Below, piece by piece: positions 1-10,114 of a stretch of DNA of 64,000 nt; position 1 is the stretch's first letter; each line of letters begins with the position of its first letter. A program made the position numbers and the translations under genes. The stretch lies in NCBI GenBank assembly GCA_965228895.1, contig OZ245842.1, positions 4,960,001-5,024,000 of the forward strand. The letters are read 5' to 3'. The notes under the pieces are model-generated. The model was given only the letters and a program-made list of their open reading frames with translations, did no database searches and was not told where the DNA came from. The stretch is from Alphaproteobacteria bacterium (GTDB taxonomy: Bacteria; Pseudomonadota; Alphaproteobacteria; SP197).

Positions 1-1
1 A

Positions 2-940
2 TGCATCGGCCGGCGCATGCGCGACTACCACATCTCCTGCCTGGTCAACCCGTCGGTCGGACGCGAAAGCGAATGGGACGGCGACAAGCCGCCGGCGACG
101 GAAAAACCGCGCCACGTGGTCGTGGTCGGCGGCGGCCCGGCCGGGCTTGAGGCAGCGCGGGTCGCCGCCGAGCGCGGCCACCGCGTCACGCTGGCCGAGC
201 GCCGCGACGAATTGGGCGGCCAGTTCAGGCTTGCCGCCGGGCAACCGGAACGCGGCGAGATCGGCGGCCTGCTCACCTGGTACCAAGGTCAGCTCGAGAA
301 ACTTCAGGTGCGCGTTTTGCTGCGGGCCGATCTGGACATCGACGCGATCCGCGCGCTGGAACCCGACGCCATCGTTCTGGCCACCGGGTCGGAGCCCGAC
401 CGGCGCGGCTTCCAGCGCGCCTTCCCGCATGTCGAGGCCTTGGAGGGCGCCGACCAAGACAATGTATGCACTATTCATGATGTCTTAGAGGGCGATATCG
501 TCCCCGGCACCAACGTCCTGTTGCTCGATGACCTCAACGGCTGGTGGCCGGCCAGCGGCACGGCGCTGCATCTGGCCGAACAGCGCCACATGGTCACGGT
601 GGTTACCGCGGCGGAACAGGCGGCCGGCGCGCTCGATCTCTCCCAGACCGGCGAGACGGCGCGCGAGCGGTTCATGAAGATGGGTGTGGAGGTGCTGACC
701 GCGACCGGGCTGGTCTCCTGGCAGGGCAACACGGCGACGCTGATCAACCTCTATACCGGCGATCAGGAAACCCGCGACTTCGACAGCCTGGTGCTCGCCA
801 CCACCAACCGTCCGGTCAACAGCCTGACGGCAGCATTCTCCGATAGCGCCACGGAGGTACACAGCATCGGCGACACGGTCGCGCCGCGCACCGCCTCCAT
901 GGCGTTCTACGAAGCGCGCAAACTGGCGCTCACATTGTAA
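2..940 (+). CDS. NADH:flavin oxidoreductase (Old Yellow Enzyme/TMADH/DgcA-like), C-terminal part; 5'-truncated by window
   Basis: Frame open from base 2 (CIGRRMRDYHISCLVNPSVGRE, end of the Fe-S motif); Rossmann VVVVGGGPAGLEAA, LGGQ, IGD motifs. Confidence 0.85.
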   Translation, partial: CIGRRMRDYHISCLVNPSVGRESEWDGDKPPATEKPRHVVVVGGGPAGLEAARVAAERGHRVTLAERRDELGGQFRLAAGQPERGEIGGLLTWYQGQLEKLQVRVLLRADLDIDAIRALEPDAIVLATGSEPDRRGFQRAFPHVEALEGADQDNVCTIHDVLEGDIVPGTNVLLLDDLNGWWPASGTALHLAEQRHMVTVVTAAEQAAGALDLSQTGETARERFMKMGVEVLTATGLVSWQGNTATLINLYTGDQETRDFDSLVLATTNRPVNSLTAAFSDSATEVHSIGDTVAPRTASMAFYEARKLALTL

Positions 941-1068
941 GACATGGGCGCTTTGGCCCACGATCCCGGCTGGCCATGCGGTTAGATCTGAGTGGACGAC
1001 CCGTCGCCGGCTGAGAGACAATCCTTCTTGCTGCGCATCCGGCGGATGGTGAAGAGATTGGAACCATC

Positions 1069-2466
1069 ATGCGATCGCTCCTGACACCGCTTGCCCACCC
1101 GATCTACCGGCGCCTGTTGGCGGCCCAGGTCGTCGCGCTGTTCGGCACCGGGTTGGCGACCGTGGCGCTCGGCCTGCTGGCCTATGAGCTGGCCGGCGCC
1201 GACGCCGGTCTGGTGCTGGGCATCGCGCTGGCGATCAAGATGATCGCCTATGTGGTCATCGCACCGATTGCCGGCGCCTTCGCGACCGTGCTGCCGCGGC
1301 GCGGCGTCTTGGTGGCCGCCGATCTGGTCCGCCTGGCGGCCGCCCTGGCGCTGCCGTTTGTCGAGGCGGTGTGGCAGATCTTCGGCCTGATCTTCATCCT
1401 CCAAGCGGCATCGGCGGTGTTCACACCGGTCTTCCAGGCGACCATCCCCGACGTCCTGGAAGACGAGACGACCTACACCAACGCGCTCTCGCTCTCGCGC
1501 CTGGCCTATGACCTCGAAGCGCTGTTGAGCCCGGCGCTTGCCGCGCTGCTGCTGCTGGTCGTGAGTTTCCCGTGGCTCTTCGACGGCACCGCCTTAGGCT
1601 TCCTGATCTCTGCCGTCTTGGTCTTGTCGCTCAGGCTACCCGGAGGCCAGTCCAGGGATGACGACACGGTGGGCGCGCGCCTCAAACGAGGCTTTTTGAT
1701 CTTTCTGCGCACGCCGCGGCTGAAGGCGCTGGTCGCCATCAACGCCGCAGTGGCAGCGGCCGGCGCCATGGTCATCGTCAACACGGTGGTCCTGGTGCGC
1801 GTCAGCCTCGGCGGCGGCGACGTCGCGGTCGCCGTGGCGCTGGCCGCCGCAGGCGCCGGGTCGATGATGGCGGCGCTCATCTTGCCGCGCCTCTTGGAGT
1901 CCTGGTCCGACCGCGCCGTCATGCTGGGCGGCTGCTTCGTGCTGGCCGCCGGCATGGCCGCGGGCTTTGCCCTGTTCCTGGCGGCGACACCCGGCTTCGG
2001 CCCACTGCTGGCCTTGTGGTTCATGCTGGGTGCCGCCAACGCGGCGGTCTTGACCCCGGTCGGGCGCCTGCTGCGCCGCTCGACCGCCAACGAAGACCGT
2101 CCGCCGGTGTTCGCGGCCCAGTTCGCCCTGAGCCATGCGTGCTGGCTCGTCACCTATCCCTTGGCCGGCTGGCTCGGCGTCGCCCTGGGGCTGGATGTCT
2201 CGTTCGCGGTCCTGGGCGGGCTTGCCCTGATCGCCACCCTGGCGGCGATCCGCCTGTGGCCCGCCGCCGACCGCGACGCCCTATGGCATCACCACGAGAC
2301 GGTGCGTCACCGGCATCAGCACATCCACGACGAACACCACCAGCACGATCACGAGGGCTGGGAAGGACCAGAGCCGCACAGTCATCCGCACCGTCACGGG
2401 CCGATACGCCATCGCCACGCCTATGTGATCGACCGCCACCATCCGATGTGGCCGCACGCTGAATAG
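1069..2466 (+). CDS. nreB: NreB/NrsD-like MFS transporter (putative Ni/Co efflux) with His-rich C-terminal tail
   Basis: GTGLATVALGLLAYELAG...AIKMIAYV N-terminus, AAQFALSHACWL motif, ~12 hydrophobic segments, poly-His tail. Confidence 0.75.
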   Translation: MRSLLTPLAHPIYRRLLAAQVVALFGTGLATVALGLLAYELAGADAGLVLGIALAIKMIAYVVIAPIAGAFATVLPRRGVLVAADLVRLAAALALPFVEAVWQIFGLIFILQAASAVFTPVFQATIPDVLEDETTYTNALSLSRLAYDLEALLSPALAALLLLVVSFPWLFDGTALGFLISAVLVLSLRLPGGQSRDDDTVGARLKRGFLIFLRTPRLKALVAINAAVAAAGAMVIVNTVVLVRVSLGGGDVAVAVALAAAGAGSMMAALILPRLLESWSDRAVMLGGCFVLAAGMAAGFALFLAATPGFGPLLALWFMLGAANAAVLTPVGRLLRRSTANEDRPPVFAAQFALSHACWLVTYPLAGWLGVALGLDVSFAVLGGLALIATLAAIRLWPAADRDALWHHHETVRHRHQHIHDEHHQHDHEGWEGPEPHSHPHRHGPIRHRHAYVIDRHHPMWPHAE

Positions 2467-2488
2467 CGCTGTCCCATTAGTTTACATC

Positions 2489-2553
2489 GCCAGCCCGCGC
2501 CCGCGCGCGGCCACCCAGGGCAGCATCGTCAGGGTGGCCGGGCGCGGGCTGGC
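2489..2553. repeat. ~70-nt palindromic repeat family 1, degenerate copy A
   Basis: GCCAGCCCGCGCCC..GGCCACCC-AGGGCAGCATCGTCA-GGGTGGCC-GGGCGCGGGCTGGC; same core as copies at 16358, 18611, 31979, 36759. Confidence 0.75.
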
Positions 2554-2579
2554 ACCGTTGTCGTGTGAACGACAGTCGA

Positions 2580-3755
2580 TCAATTGGGAAGGACGAGACA
2601 CCCCGGTTCGGCAGCGAGCGTGCCCAGAGGCTCGACCACCTCGATGGAGCCGCCGTCGATTCGGGCGATGAACATGGGCAAGGCGCAGTGATGGTTGTTG
2701 CTGCCGATCTGCGCCTGACCCGTGGGCAGCGCATAGGTCAGCCCCGGCAGCCCGGCTGCGATGGCCTCGCGTGACACCGCGCCGCCCTCCTCAAGCACCG
2801 TTTGAAGCGCGGTCATCGCGCCATAGTGGGTCATGGCGTATGAGGTGACGACCGTATCGTCGCCGCCGATGGCACGCACCGCCTCGACAAAGTCCCGCAC
2901 ATCGGGATCGGTCTCGACAAAAGGCACACAGCCATAGAGCGGTGCGGTGTGTTGGCGTTGATCCTTGTCCAGATAGGTTGCCAGGCCGCCAAGATCGGCC
3001 AGCGTCAAGGAGTCCAGCAGCCCAGCGCGGTCGGCGGCGTCAACGAAGCCCCAGTGTTTGGCGCCCGGCAGCGCCAGCACGACCACATCGGCCTCGGCGG
3101 CCGCCACTGCGTCGACGATCGGCGCAAAGTCGACATCCCCGGAAAGTGGGACAAAGAGTTTACCGAGCATGGTGCCGCCTTCGGCCCCGATCGTGGTTTC
3201 GGCCACCTCGAACAGACCGCGCGGCCACGCGTAGTCGGCGCCGACCAGATAAAACCGTTGGCCGATGTCACGATTGAGATAGGTGATTAGCGGCACCGCG
3301 GTCTGGTTCGGCACCGTGCTGAAATAGAACCAATAGCGGCCGCAGGCACCGCCTTCGTAGTCGGTCGCATAGAGTAGCGGTATCTGAGCCGCGGCGACGG
3401 TGTCGGCCATGGCATCGCGCGATGCCGACGTGATCGGCCCGGCGATCGCCAGGACGTGCTGGCGGGCGACCAGCCGTTGCGCCGCGGCGGCCGCCATTTC
3501 CGGGTCGCCCTCGTCATCCTCGTAAAGAACGACAACTTCCCGATCGCGGAGTCCGCCGGCGCTGTTGATCTCCATCGCCGCAAGCTCCAGACCAAGCTGC
3601 GCCTGGCGCCCGAAGACGGCGAGATCGCCGGTCAAAGGGAGAATCGCACCGATTTCGATTGTTTCTCCCGAGGCCAGCGACGGTGAGCCCAGACATAGAC
3701 CACCGGCGGCAAACACGGACGACGCTAACAATCGGCGCCGGCTCAGCCGTTCCAA
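2580..3755 (-). CDS. Orphan substrate-binding protein, UrtA/AmiC/branched-chain type, with Tat-like signal
   Basis: LSRRRLL twin-Arg motif; IGAILPLTG, EINSAGG, ITSASR, YEGG, GADYAWP motifs; TTG start after GAGGAA chosen (ORF extends to 3815). Confidence 0.8.
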   Translation of the reverse strand: MERLSRRRLLASSVFAAGGLCLGSPSLASGETIEIGAILPLTGDLAVFGRQAQLGLELAAMEINSAGGLRDREVVVLYEDDEGDPEMAAAAAQRLVARQHVLAIAGPITSASRDAMADTVAAAQIPLLYATDYEGGACGRYWFYFSTVPNQTAVPLITYLNRDIGQRFYLVGADYAWPRGLFEVAETTIGAEGGTMLGKLFVPLSGDVDFAPIVDAVAAAEADVVVLALPGAKHWGFVDAADRAGLLDSLTLADLGGLATYLDKDQRQHTAPLYGCVPFVETDPDVRDFVEAVRAIGGDDTVVTSYAMTHYGAMTALQTVLEEGGAVSREAIAAGLPGLTYALPTGQAQIGSNNHHCALPMFIARIDGGSIEVVEPLGTLAAEPGCLVLPN

Positions 3756-3914
3756 CCTGATTTCCTCACTGTCCACCCGCAGTCTTGTGCCGCGATAACA
3801 ATGCCGCCACCCCAATGGCCCGCCTTGTTGCCGAGCAGACTAACGCATCGCCATGACAACACGTTGGGAGAATAGGTGGATCAGCTATCCCAAGGGAGCA
3901 TGAACAAACCGCTA

Positions 3915-5306
3915 TCAAGGCCCGCGCGGGATATCAGACGGACCATGGGCCCAGCGGCGCGCCAAAAGCGCCGCCGACACGACCAGCCCGGCGACCATGC
4001 CCCACCAAAGACCGGCCGGACCAACATCGGTGGCAAAGGCGAGGACAATGGCGATCGGGATCGCTATGGCCCACGCGCCGGCGGCGGAGATCCACATGGG
4101 CACCCAGGTGTCCTGGCGTCCGCGCAGCGACCGTGCAGCGACGATATGGACAGCCTCCAACAGGATAAGCGGCGCTGCGACCAGACCGAGTATGCCGACC
4201 AGACGCAGCGCCGAGGCGTTCTGGGGATCATCGATGTTCAGGAAGATGAAGGCCGCCCCGTCGGGCGCGACCCACAGAAAGAGGGCGACCGGCGCGGCCA
4301 GGCAAAGCGCCACCACCATGGCGACCCAGCCGGCGCGCCGCGCGCTCGCCGGCTGGCCGCCGCCGATTTCCTGCGATACCCGCACGATCGAGGTGTGCGC
4401 GATCGCAATGACCAGGGTCGTGCTGAGGCCGGCAATGGAGGCGACGACGTGATGGGCGGCGAGCGCCGAGGCACCGAACAGTCCCATCAGGATTTTCACC
4501 ACCTGATAAGACGAGCCTTCGATCAGCCGCACACCGGCAACCGGCAGGCCAAGCCTGAAGATGCGCCGCCACAAGGCCGCGTCCATCTGGAGCAAGTTGG
4601 CAAACGGCCGATAAGCCCGGTAGGCCGGCACCTTGGCCACCCAAAGGGTCAGCGCCGCCAGGGAGAGCCAGGTCGTGATCGTGGTTGCCCAGCCTGCGCC
4701 GGCGATGCCCATGGCCGGCAGGCCCAGCCCGCCGAACACGAACCACCAGGTCATGGCCGCATTCAGCGGCAGCATGACGATCGATATCAGCGTGATGATC
4801 GCCGGGCGCGACAGCGCGGTCACCAGGTTGCGCATGACGCCGAACCACAGGGTCGGCAGCACCGCCCACATGACCGCATGGATGTACGCTTCACCATCCC
4901 TGATGACCCCGGCATCCTGGCCGGTCAGCGCCAGCAGGTCGGCCATGAACCAGTTCAGCACCATGAGCGGCAGTCCGTAGAGGGTCGCCAACCACAGTCC
5001 GTGGCGGAACGCCTTTTGGACCATGCTGGAATCGCCGGCGCCGAAACCGGTGCCGATAAAAACGCCGGTGATCGACAGAACGGCAAAGCCGACAAAGAGA
5101 AATTCCCAGAACAAACCGCCCAGAAGGCCGACCGCCGCCAGCGGCGTCGCGCCCAGACGCCCGACGATGATGGCGTCGGTGTACCACATGCCCAACTCGA
5201 CCAGGAACGTCGCCACGATCGGCACCGCAATACGGCGGTGCAGCCTGAGCTCGTCCTTCAGGCTGCCGGCCAACTCCGCGCGCGGCGCATGCTTTGTTTC
5301 GTTCAT
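3915..5306 (-). CDS. MATE (NorM-like) efflux transporter
   Basis: D..IVGRLG..LAAVGL, GLPAMGIAGAGWAT, LRGRQDTWVPM, GPAGLWWG motifs; ~12 TM. Confidence 0.9.
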   Translation of the reverse strand: MNETKHAPRAELAGSLKDELRLHRRIAVPIVATFLVELGMWYTDAIIVGRLGATPLAAVGLLGGLFWEFLFVGFAVLSITGVFIGTGFGAGDSSMVQKAFRHGLWLATLYGLPLMVLNWFMADLLALTGQDAGVIRDGEAYIHAVMWAVLPTLWFGVMRNLVTALSRPAIITLISIVMLPLNAAMTWWFVFGGLGLPAMGIAGAGWATTITTWLSLAALTLWVAKVPAYRAYRPFANLLQMDAALWRRIFRLGLPVAGVRLIEGSSYQVVKILMGLFGASALAAHHVVASIAGLSTTLVIAIAHTSIVRVSQEIGGGQPASARRAGWVAMVVALCLAAPVALFLWVAPDGAAFIFLNIDDPQNASALRLVGILGLVAAPLILLEAVHIVAARSLRGRQDTWVPMWISAAGAWAIAIPIAIVLAFATDVGPAGLWWGMVAGLVVSAALLARRWAHGPSDIPRGP

Positions 5307-5423
5307 GGTGGTCGTCCGAACTACGGGAACGTTCCGCGTCTGGAGACGTTCGCGCGGAGACTAATCGATTAGAGCCACGCTGTCCGGTCGGCCACCCGTC
5401 TCACGCGACAGACAGTTTCGTGG

Positions 5424-6281
5424 TTACCAGCGGCGTGCCCAATCAGGCGGCCCAATCTCCTCGGGCCCGAATGGGTTGAAATCGAAAAGTTCGGTTTCCA
5501 ACACTTCGGCTCCGTCGACAGTCACGCCGTAGAGCCGCCCATCGCGGACGACGACAAGGCGCCGGTCCGCGTCCCAGTCTGCCCAGGCCGCGTCAACCAG
5601 CGGCACGAGGTCCTCGGCCGCCTCCAGCCAAAAAGTGTCGCCATAGGGACCACCGAAACGGGTGAAGTCGACATCCTCGATCTGACGGCAGAGTTTGATG
5701 CCGGACTGCTCGGATGACTTTTCCCAGATCTCACGCTCGCCGACACGGCGATGGGTTCTCGGATCAAACCCGCGTTCGACCAGGCGCCAGCCGTCGCGCA
5801 GCAAGCGCTGTTCCCACGGCGCGCTATCGGCCGGGCAAAAATCGAAGGTCAGACCCTGGGGCGGGAAATCGGGATGGGGTTCTTTGTCGCAGGTGACGTC
5901 GAGCAACACATGCCGGTCGGTATCGAACACGCCGCCGCCATACCAACTGCCGAGATTGCGCCACAGCGCCAGCGCGGTGAAATAGGGCGGACGCGAGATG
6001 GCGGTCCAAGCTTCGCCGACATCGTCATCGTCTGGGCGCCGCCCGTGCTTGGCCGCGAAATAGATGAAGAAACGGCCATCGGGCGAGAGATCGCAACGCC
6101 GCTCATAGACGCGGCCATGAAACCACTGGCCGGTTTCGAAGGTGTCGTTCTTACGATCCCAGACCGTCAGTTGCGCCCACGCGCTGGGGCCGCGCCGCAG
6201 GATGACGGCCGTTGGCGCGCTGCGCGCAAGATAGACCGACAGGCGACACGGCGCCGTTTCGTTTGCTGACGACGTCCCCAC
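5424..6281 (-). CDS. Hypothetical Trp-rich soluble protein
   Basis: 285-aa ORF with natural composition, co-oriented just downstream of the Rieske genes; no motif recognised. Confidence 0.7.
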   Translation of the reverse strand: MGTSSANETAPCRLSVYLARSAPTAVILRRGPSAWAQLTVWDRKNDTFETGQWFHGRVYERRCDLSPDGRFFIYFAAKHGRRPDDDDVGEAWTAISRPPYFTALALWRNLGSWYGGGVFDTDRHVLLDVTCDKEPHPDFPPQGLTFDFCPADSAPWEQRLLRDGWRLVERGFDPRTHRRVGEREIWEKSSEQSGIKLCRQIEDVDFTRFGGPYGDTFWLEAAEDLVPLVDAAWADWDADRRLVVVRDGRLYGVTVDGAEVLETELFDFNPFGPEEIGPPDWARRW

Positions 6282-6343
6282 GCCGACGACCTTAACCGTC
6301 GCCGGTCAGAACGATCCAGGCAAAAAGCCGCGTTGATAGGTGC

Positions 6344-7468
6344 TTAGCTTTCGCCGAGCGCCATGCGGACCTTGTGCTGGAAATCGTGGACCGCGTGCTC
6401 GCTGATTTCGCTGCGCTCGCCGTCAACGATGAAGCGGCCCTGGCGATAGCCCAGGCTGTGCAGACCCTTCTGCACGCTTTCGCACAGCGGAATATCTTCC
6501 TTCCGGACGACGTCGACGAAGTCGATGACTTCCATTTCATCCTTGGTTGGCGTGTCGCCGGTGAAATAGTACTCGCAGTGCTGGATCGTGGATTCCGGGC
6601 CGGTCGGCTCATGATGGAAGACGGTCAGATTGCCGCCGGGATAGGCCTCGATGCACCAGTTGGGGAACAACATGAAGCTGCCGAACTCCTCCGGTTTGGC
6701 GGCCCCTTCCGTCGACGTCGTATAGCCCTGCGCCTCACCGACGCCGACCGAATAGTGGCTGTGGTGATGCTCGTGGGTCGTGATGCGATAGGAATCGTAG
6801 TCGATCGCGTTTTGCATCAACGTCGGGTGCTGGTTCGGGCAGTGGAAACACTCGCTGTAGTTCTCGACCGAGTTTTTCCAGTTGGCGTTCAGCGCATATT
6901 CGGCGCGGTGGGCGCACTTGAGTTCGGCGGCATGCGGCGAAAAAGCCCGCACCTCGACAGCCAGCGGTCCGGCAACCTCGGAGAGCGGTGGCGCCGAGCC
7001 GTCCAGGTTGACGAAGAGAAAGCCGAGGATGCTGTCGAGCCTGACCGGCTCCAGACAGAACGAGTCGACGTCGAAGGATTCAAGCTTCTCGCTGCCGCGC
7101 GCGCTGCGAAGCGAACCGTCCGTGCCATAGGCCCAGCTGTGATAGGGGCACGTGATGACGCCGCCGACCCGGCCTTCGCCTTCCAAGAGACGATGGGCGC
7201 GGTGCTGACAGACATTGAAGAACGCGCGCAATTCACCCTTGGTATCGCGCAGCACGACGACGCTCTGATCGAAGATATCGCGCACCAGATAGGCGCCTGG
7301 TTTGTCGACCATCGAGACGTGGCCGACATACTGCCAGGTCTTATAGAAGATCGCCTTCTTCTCACGGTCGTAGATCGCGGGATCGAAGTAAAAGGTTCGG
7401 TCGAGCGTCTGCGACCGCTCGGGGTCGACGTTGAAACCGGTGATCTTTTCAGCAGCAAGCGCGGCCAT
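6344..7468 (-). CDS. Rieske oxygenase alpha subunit, CntA/YeaW/choline-monooxygenase-like
   Basis: CQH...CPYH Rieske motif; NWKNSVENYSECFHCPNQH mononuclear Fe site; EDIPLCESVQKGL. Confidence 0.88.
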   Translation of the reverse strand: MAALAAEKITGFNVDPERSQTLDRTFYFDPAIYDREKKAIFYKTWQYVGHVSMVDKPGAYLVRDIFDQSVVVLRDTKGELRAFFNVCQHRAHRLLEGEGRVGGVITCPYHSWAYGTDGSLRSARGSEKLESFDVDSFCLEPVRLDSILGFLFVNLDGSAPPLSEVAGPLAVEVRAFSPHAAELKCAHRAEYALNANWKNSVENYSECFHCPNQHPTLMQNAIDYDSYRITTHEHHHSHYSVGVGEAQGYTTSTEGAAKPEEFGSFMLFPNWCIEAYPGGNLTVFHHEPTGPESTIQHCEYYFTGDTPTKDEMEVIDFVDVVRKEDIPLCESVQKGLHSLGYRQGRFIVDGERSEISEHAVHDFQHKVRMALGES

Positions 7469-7551
7469 GATCCAGTCTCCTCACCAGATTGGCGTTTATT
7501 GAATGAGCGTACAATAACCCGCCGAAGCTCGTCAAGCGGCGGAGAGCGCGG

Positions 7552-8760
7552 TTATTCCGCCACCAACTTCACACCCGGGCCCTCCAAAGGGACAAAATCC
7601 AACACGTTCGCCTGGAAGAAGGTGAGCGAGGTTTCACCGCTATCGGCGAGCGCACCGACCTTGAACATCGGCGAATGCAGCGCCTTCTGCTGCTGCTCGC
7701 AGACCCACATGTCCTCGATCTGGAAGTCCAGCGACTCCATGGCCGGACAGCCCAGCGTCTCGATCGAGATGTAGCGTTTGCCGTCGGCCATGATGTGACC
7801 GTGGCCCGACGTGCCCGACGGCCGTGTCGGCGGCTTGGTGGTGTCTTGCTTTTCCTTCGGCATCATCCAGGTGCGGAGCTCCAGGTAACACTGCTCCGGG
7901 CCGACCGGCACGATGGTGTACGCGGAAAAGAAGATCGACGTCGCCAGGATGCCGCTGTTCGGGAAGAGCTGCCACACGACGGGATGACGCCCGGAGGTAT
8001 CGACGCCGGGAATGGGCGTGAAGTGGCTGTCGCTGCGGCTGGGCGATTCGCCGTGGCTGATGAAGACCCAATGGCGGCCGACATCGTCCCAGTCCTGGTC
8101 CTCGACATCCGGGCCCATCAGCGTCTTGTCGTGCAGATAGCTGAGGTGATAGCCGTCCATGGCATTCTCACAGAACGCCTTCCAGTTCGCCATGATGTCG
8201 TAGCGCACCGGCCGCTTCTCCGAGAGCACCGAGATGTCATGCGGCCACATGTGGGTCTTCTGGACACCGGCGCACCAGGCCTCGAAATCCTCGTCCGGCC
8301 GCTCTTGCGGATTGACGAAGACGAGATCGCCGATCTGGCCGATGCCGCCTTTGTGCAGGCCAAGCTGGTCCATCTTGAGGTCGGGGAAGCACAGGTCCTT
8401 CTTCGGCAGGCCGCGCAACGCGCCGTCATCCACGTTGTAGGTCCAGGCGTGATAGGGACAGACAATGCCGTGGCGGCAGTTTGCCTTCGCCTCGAGCATC
8501 TTGGTGCCGCGGTGGCGGCAGGTGTTGTGATAGGCCTTGAGCGAACCGTCCTTAGCGCGGATGACAAACATCGGGTAGCGCCCGATCTGCACCGGATAGG
8601 CGTCGCCCGCCTCGGGCACGTCCTGGGCGACGCAGGCGAAGGTCCAGGCGCGGCTGAAGAGCTCACGCTGCTCGCGCTCGAACCACTCGGGCGCCATGTA
8701 GCAGTCCTTGGGCAGAAGCTGCTCGGCCCGTTTTGGTCTCGGCGGCGTGGTGATCGGCAT
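7552..8760 (-). CDS. Rieske oxygenase alpha subunit (second, divergent)
   Basis: CRHRG...CPYHAW; NWKAFCENAMDGYHLSYLH; EDMWVCEQQQ. Confidence 0.88.
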   Translation of the reverse strand: MPITTPPRPKRAEQLLPKDCYMAPEWFEREQRELFSRAWTFACVAQDVPEAGDAYPVQIGRYPMFVIRAKDGSLKAYHNTCRHRGTKMLEAKANCRHGIVCPYHAWTYNVDDGALRGLPKKDLCFPDLKMDQLGLHKGGIGQIGDLVFVNPQERPDEDFEAWCAGVQKTHMWPHDISVLSEKRPVRYDIMANWKAFCENAMDGYHLSYLHDKTLMGPDVEDQDWDDVGRHWVFISHGESPSRSDSHFTPIPGVDTSGRHPVVWQLFPNSGILATSIFFSAYTIVPVGPEQCYLELRTWMMPKEKQDTTKPPTRPSGTSGHGHIMADGKRYISIETLGCPAMESLDFQIEDMWVCEQQQKALHSPMFKVGALADSGETSLTFFQANVLDFVPLEGPGVKLVAE

Positions 8761-8875
8761 CCTGGTCCTCCCGACCGGGTGGCGTAGACTTGTCAGGCAA
8801 GTTTACGATGGAACCGGGCCCATCGATCAAGAGCCGTGACATAGTGGCCCGGTGGCGGCCCATAGGGAGCGAGCG

Positions 8876-9820
8876 ATGACTTGGATTAACGAGAAGCTGG
8901 CGAATGGCGGCATCCTGCTGCTGGACGGCGCGGTCGGCACCGAGCTGCAGCGGCGCGGCGTGCCGATGGACGACGATGCGTGGTGCGGCCGCGCCAACCT
9001 CTCCCATCCCGATGCGGTGCGCGCGATGCACCGCGACTACATTGCCGCCGGCGCCGACATCATCACAAGCAACACCTTCGGCACCAACCGTTACACCCTG
9101 GAGCCGGCGGGTCTCGCCGACCGGTTCGAGGAGATCAACCGATCCGCCGTACGCCTGGCGCAGGAGGCGCGCGACGATGCCGGCGGCGACATCGCAATCG
9201 CCGGCTCCATGTCGACCATGCCGGCGCTGGCCCATGTCGATGAAACGCCGTCGGCCGAAGCGGCGGCGGACGACTACCGGCGGCTTGCCGACACTTTGGC
9301 CGAGGGCGGCTGCGACGTGATCCTCTGCGAGATGATGATGACGCCCGACCACGCGGAAGCCTGTGTCGATGCCGCCCGCGCGACCGGCCTGCCGGTTTGG
9401 GTCGGGTTCAGCGTCCACGAAAAGGCGGGCCGCATGATCACCTTTCCGAATGAGCGCAGCATGGAGGGCCCCTCCAGTACGCCGCTGCGCGAGGCGGATA
9501 GAAAACGTCAGCCGTTCATCCCGTTCGCCGAGCGCGTCATGGCCAACGGCGGTGCCGCCGCCGGCATCATGCATTCAGAGGTCGAGGACACGGCGTCAGG
9601 CCTGGATGCGCTGAAGACCGTGTGGTCAGGACCACTGCTGGCCTATGCCCACAGTGGCACGTTCACGCCGCCGGATTGGACGTTCCGCGACATCATCGAG
9701 CCGGAGCCCTATGCCGAAGCGGCCGCCTGTTGGGTCGCCGAGCAAGGCGTCCAGATCGTCGGCGGCTGCTGCGGCCTGACGCCCGACCACATCCGCGCGC
9801 TGAAGGAGCGGCTGAACTAG
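8876..9820 (+). CDS. Homocysteine S-methyltransferase family protein
   Basis: LLDGAVGTEL, H.DYIAAGADIITSNTF, IAGSM, IVGGCCG Zn motif; ATG at 8876 after GGGAG. Confidence 0.9.
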   Translation: MTWINEKLANGGILLLDGAVGTELQRRGVPMDDDAWCGRANLSHPDAVRAMHRDYIAAGADIITSNTFGTNRYTLEPAGLADRFEEINRSAVRLAQEARDDAGGDIAIAGSMSTMPALAHVDETPSAEAAADDYRRLADTLAEGGCDVILCEMMMTPDHAEACVDAARATGLPVWVGFSVHEKAGRMITFPNERSMEGPSSTPLREADRKRQPFIPFAERVMANGGAAAGIMHSEVEDTASGLDALKTVWSGPLLAYAHSGTFTPPDWTFRDIIEPEPYAEAAACWVAEQGVQIVGGCCGLTPDHIRALKERLN

Positions 9821-9856
9821 GGTGTCACCGTTTAGCCGGCACCGATGCCGCGGCGA

Positions 9857-10114
9857 TTACGCCAGAATCGTGAGGTCGTCGACCGCGAGGCGGCCGTTAT
9901 CCATGGCCCAGGTCAGGCTCACGGTCTGACCGGGCTGGACCAGCGGAGCCTTCAGTCCCTTGACGAGGTGGTAGATGACGCCGGTATCAAGGGTCAGGGT
10001 GCCAGCCTTGGTGTCGACGGCCGCCACGGTTCCGGTTTCCGTCTCGCCGGCATAGGTCCACGATGACACCGCCAGTGCGGCCGAACAGGCGGACGGAAGA
10101 ACGAGCTCACGCAT
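9857..10114 (-). CDS. Small exported protein, DUF1344-like
   Basis: Signal peptide then GTVAAVDTKAGTLTLDTG..Y.L...VQPGQTVSLTW pattern. Confidence 0.6.
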   Translation of the reverse strand: MRELVLPSACSAALAVSSWTYAGETETGTVAAVDTKAGTLTLDTGVIYHLVKGLKAPLVQPGQTVSLTWAMDNGRLAVDDLTILA

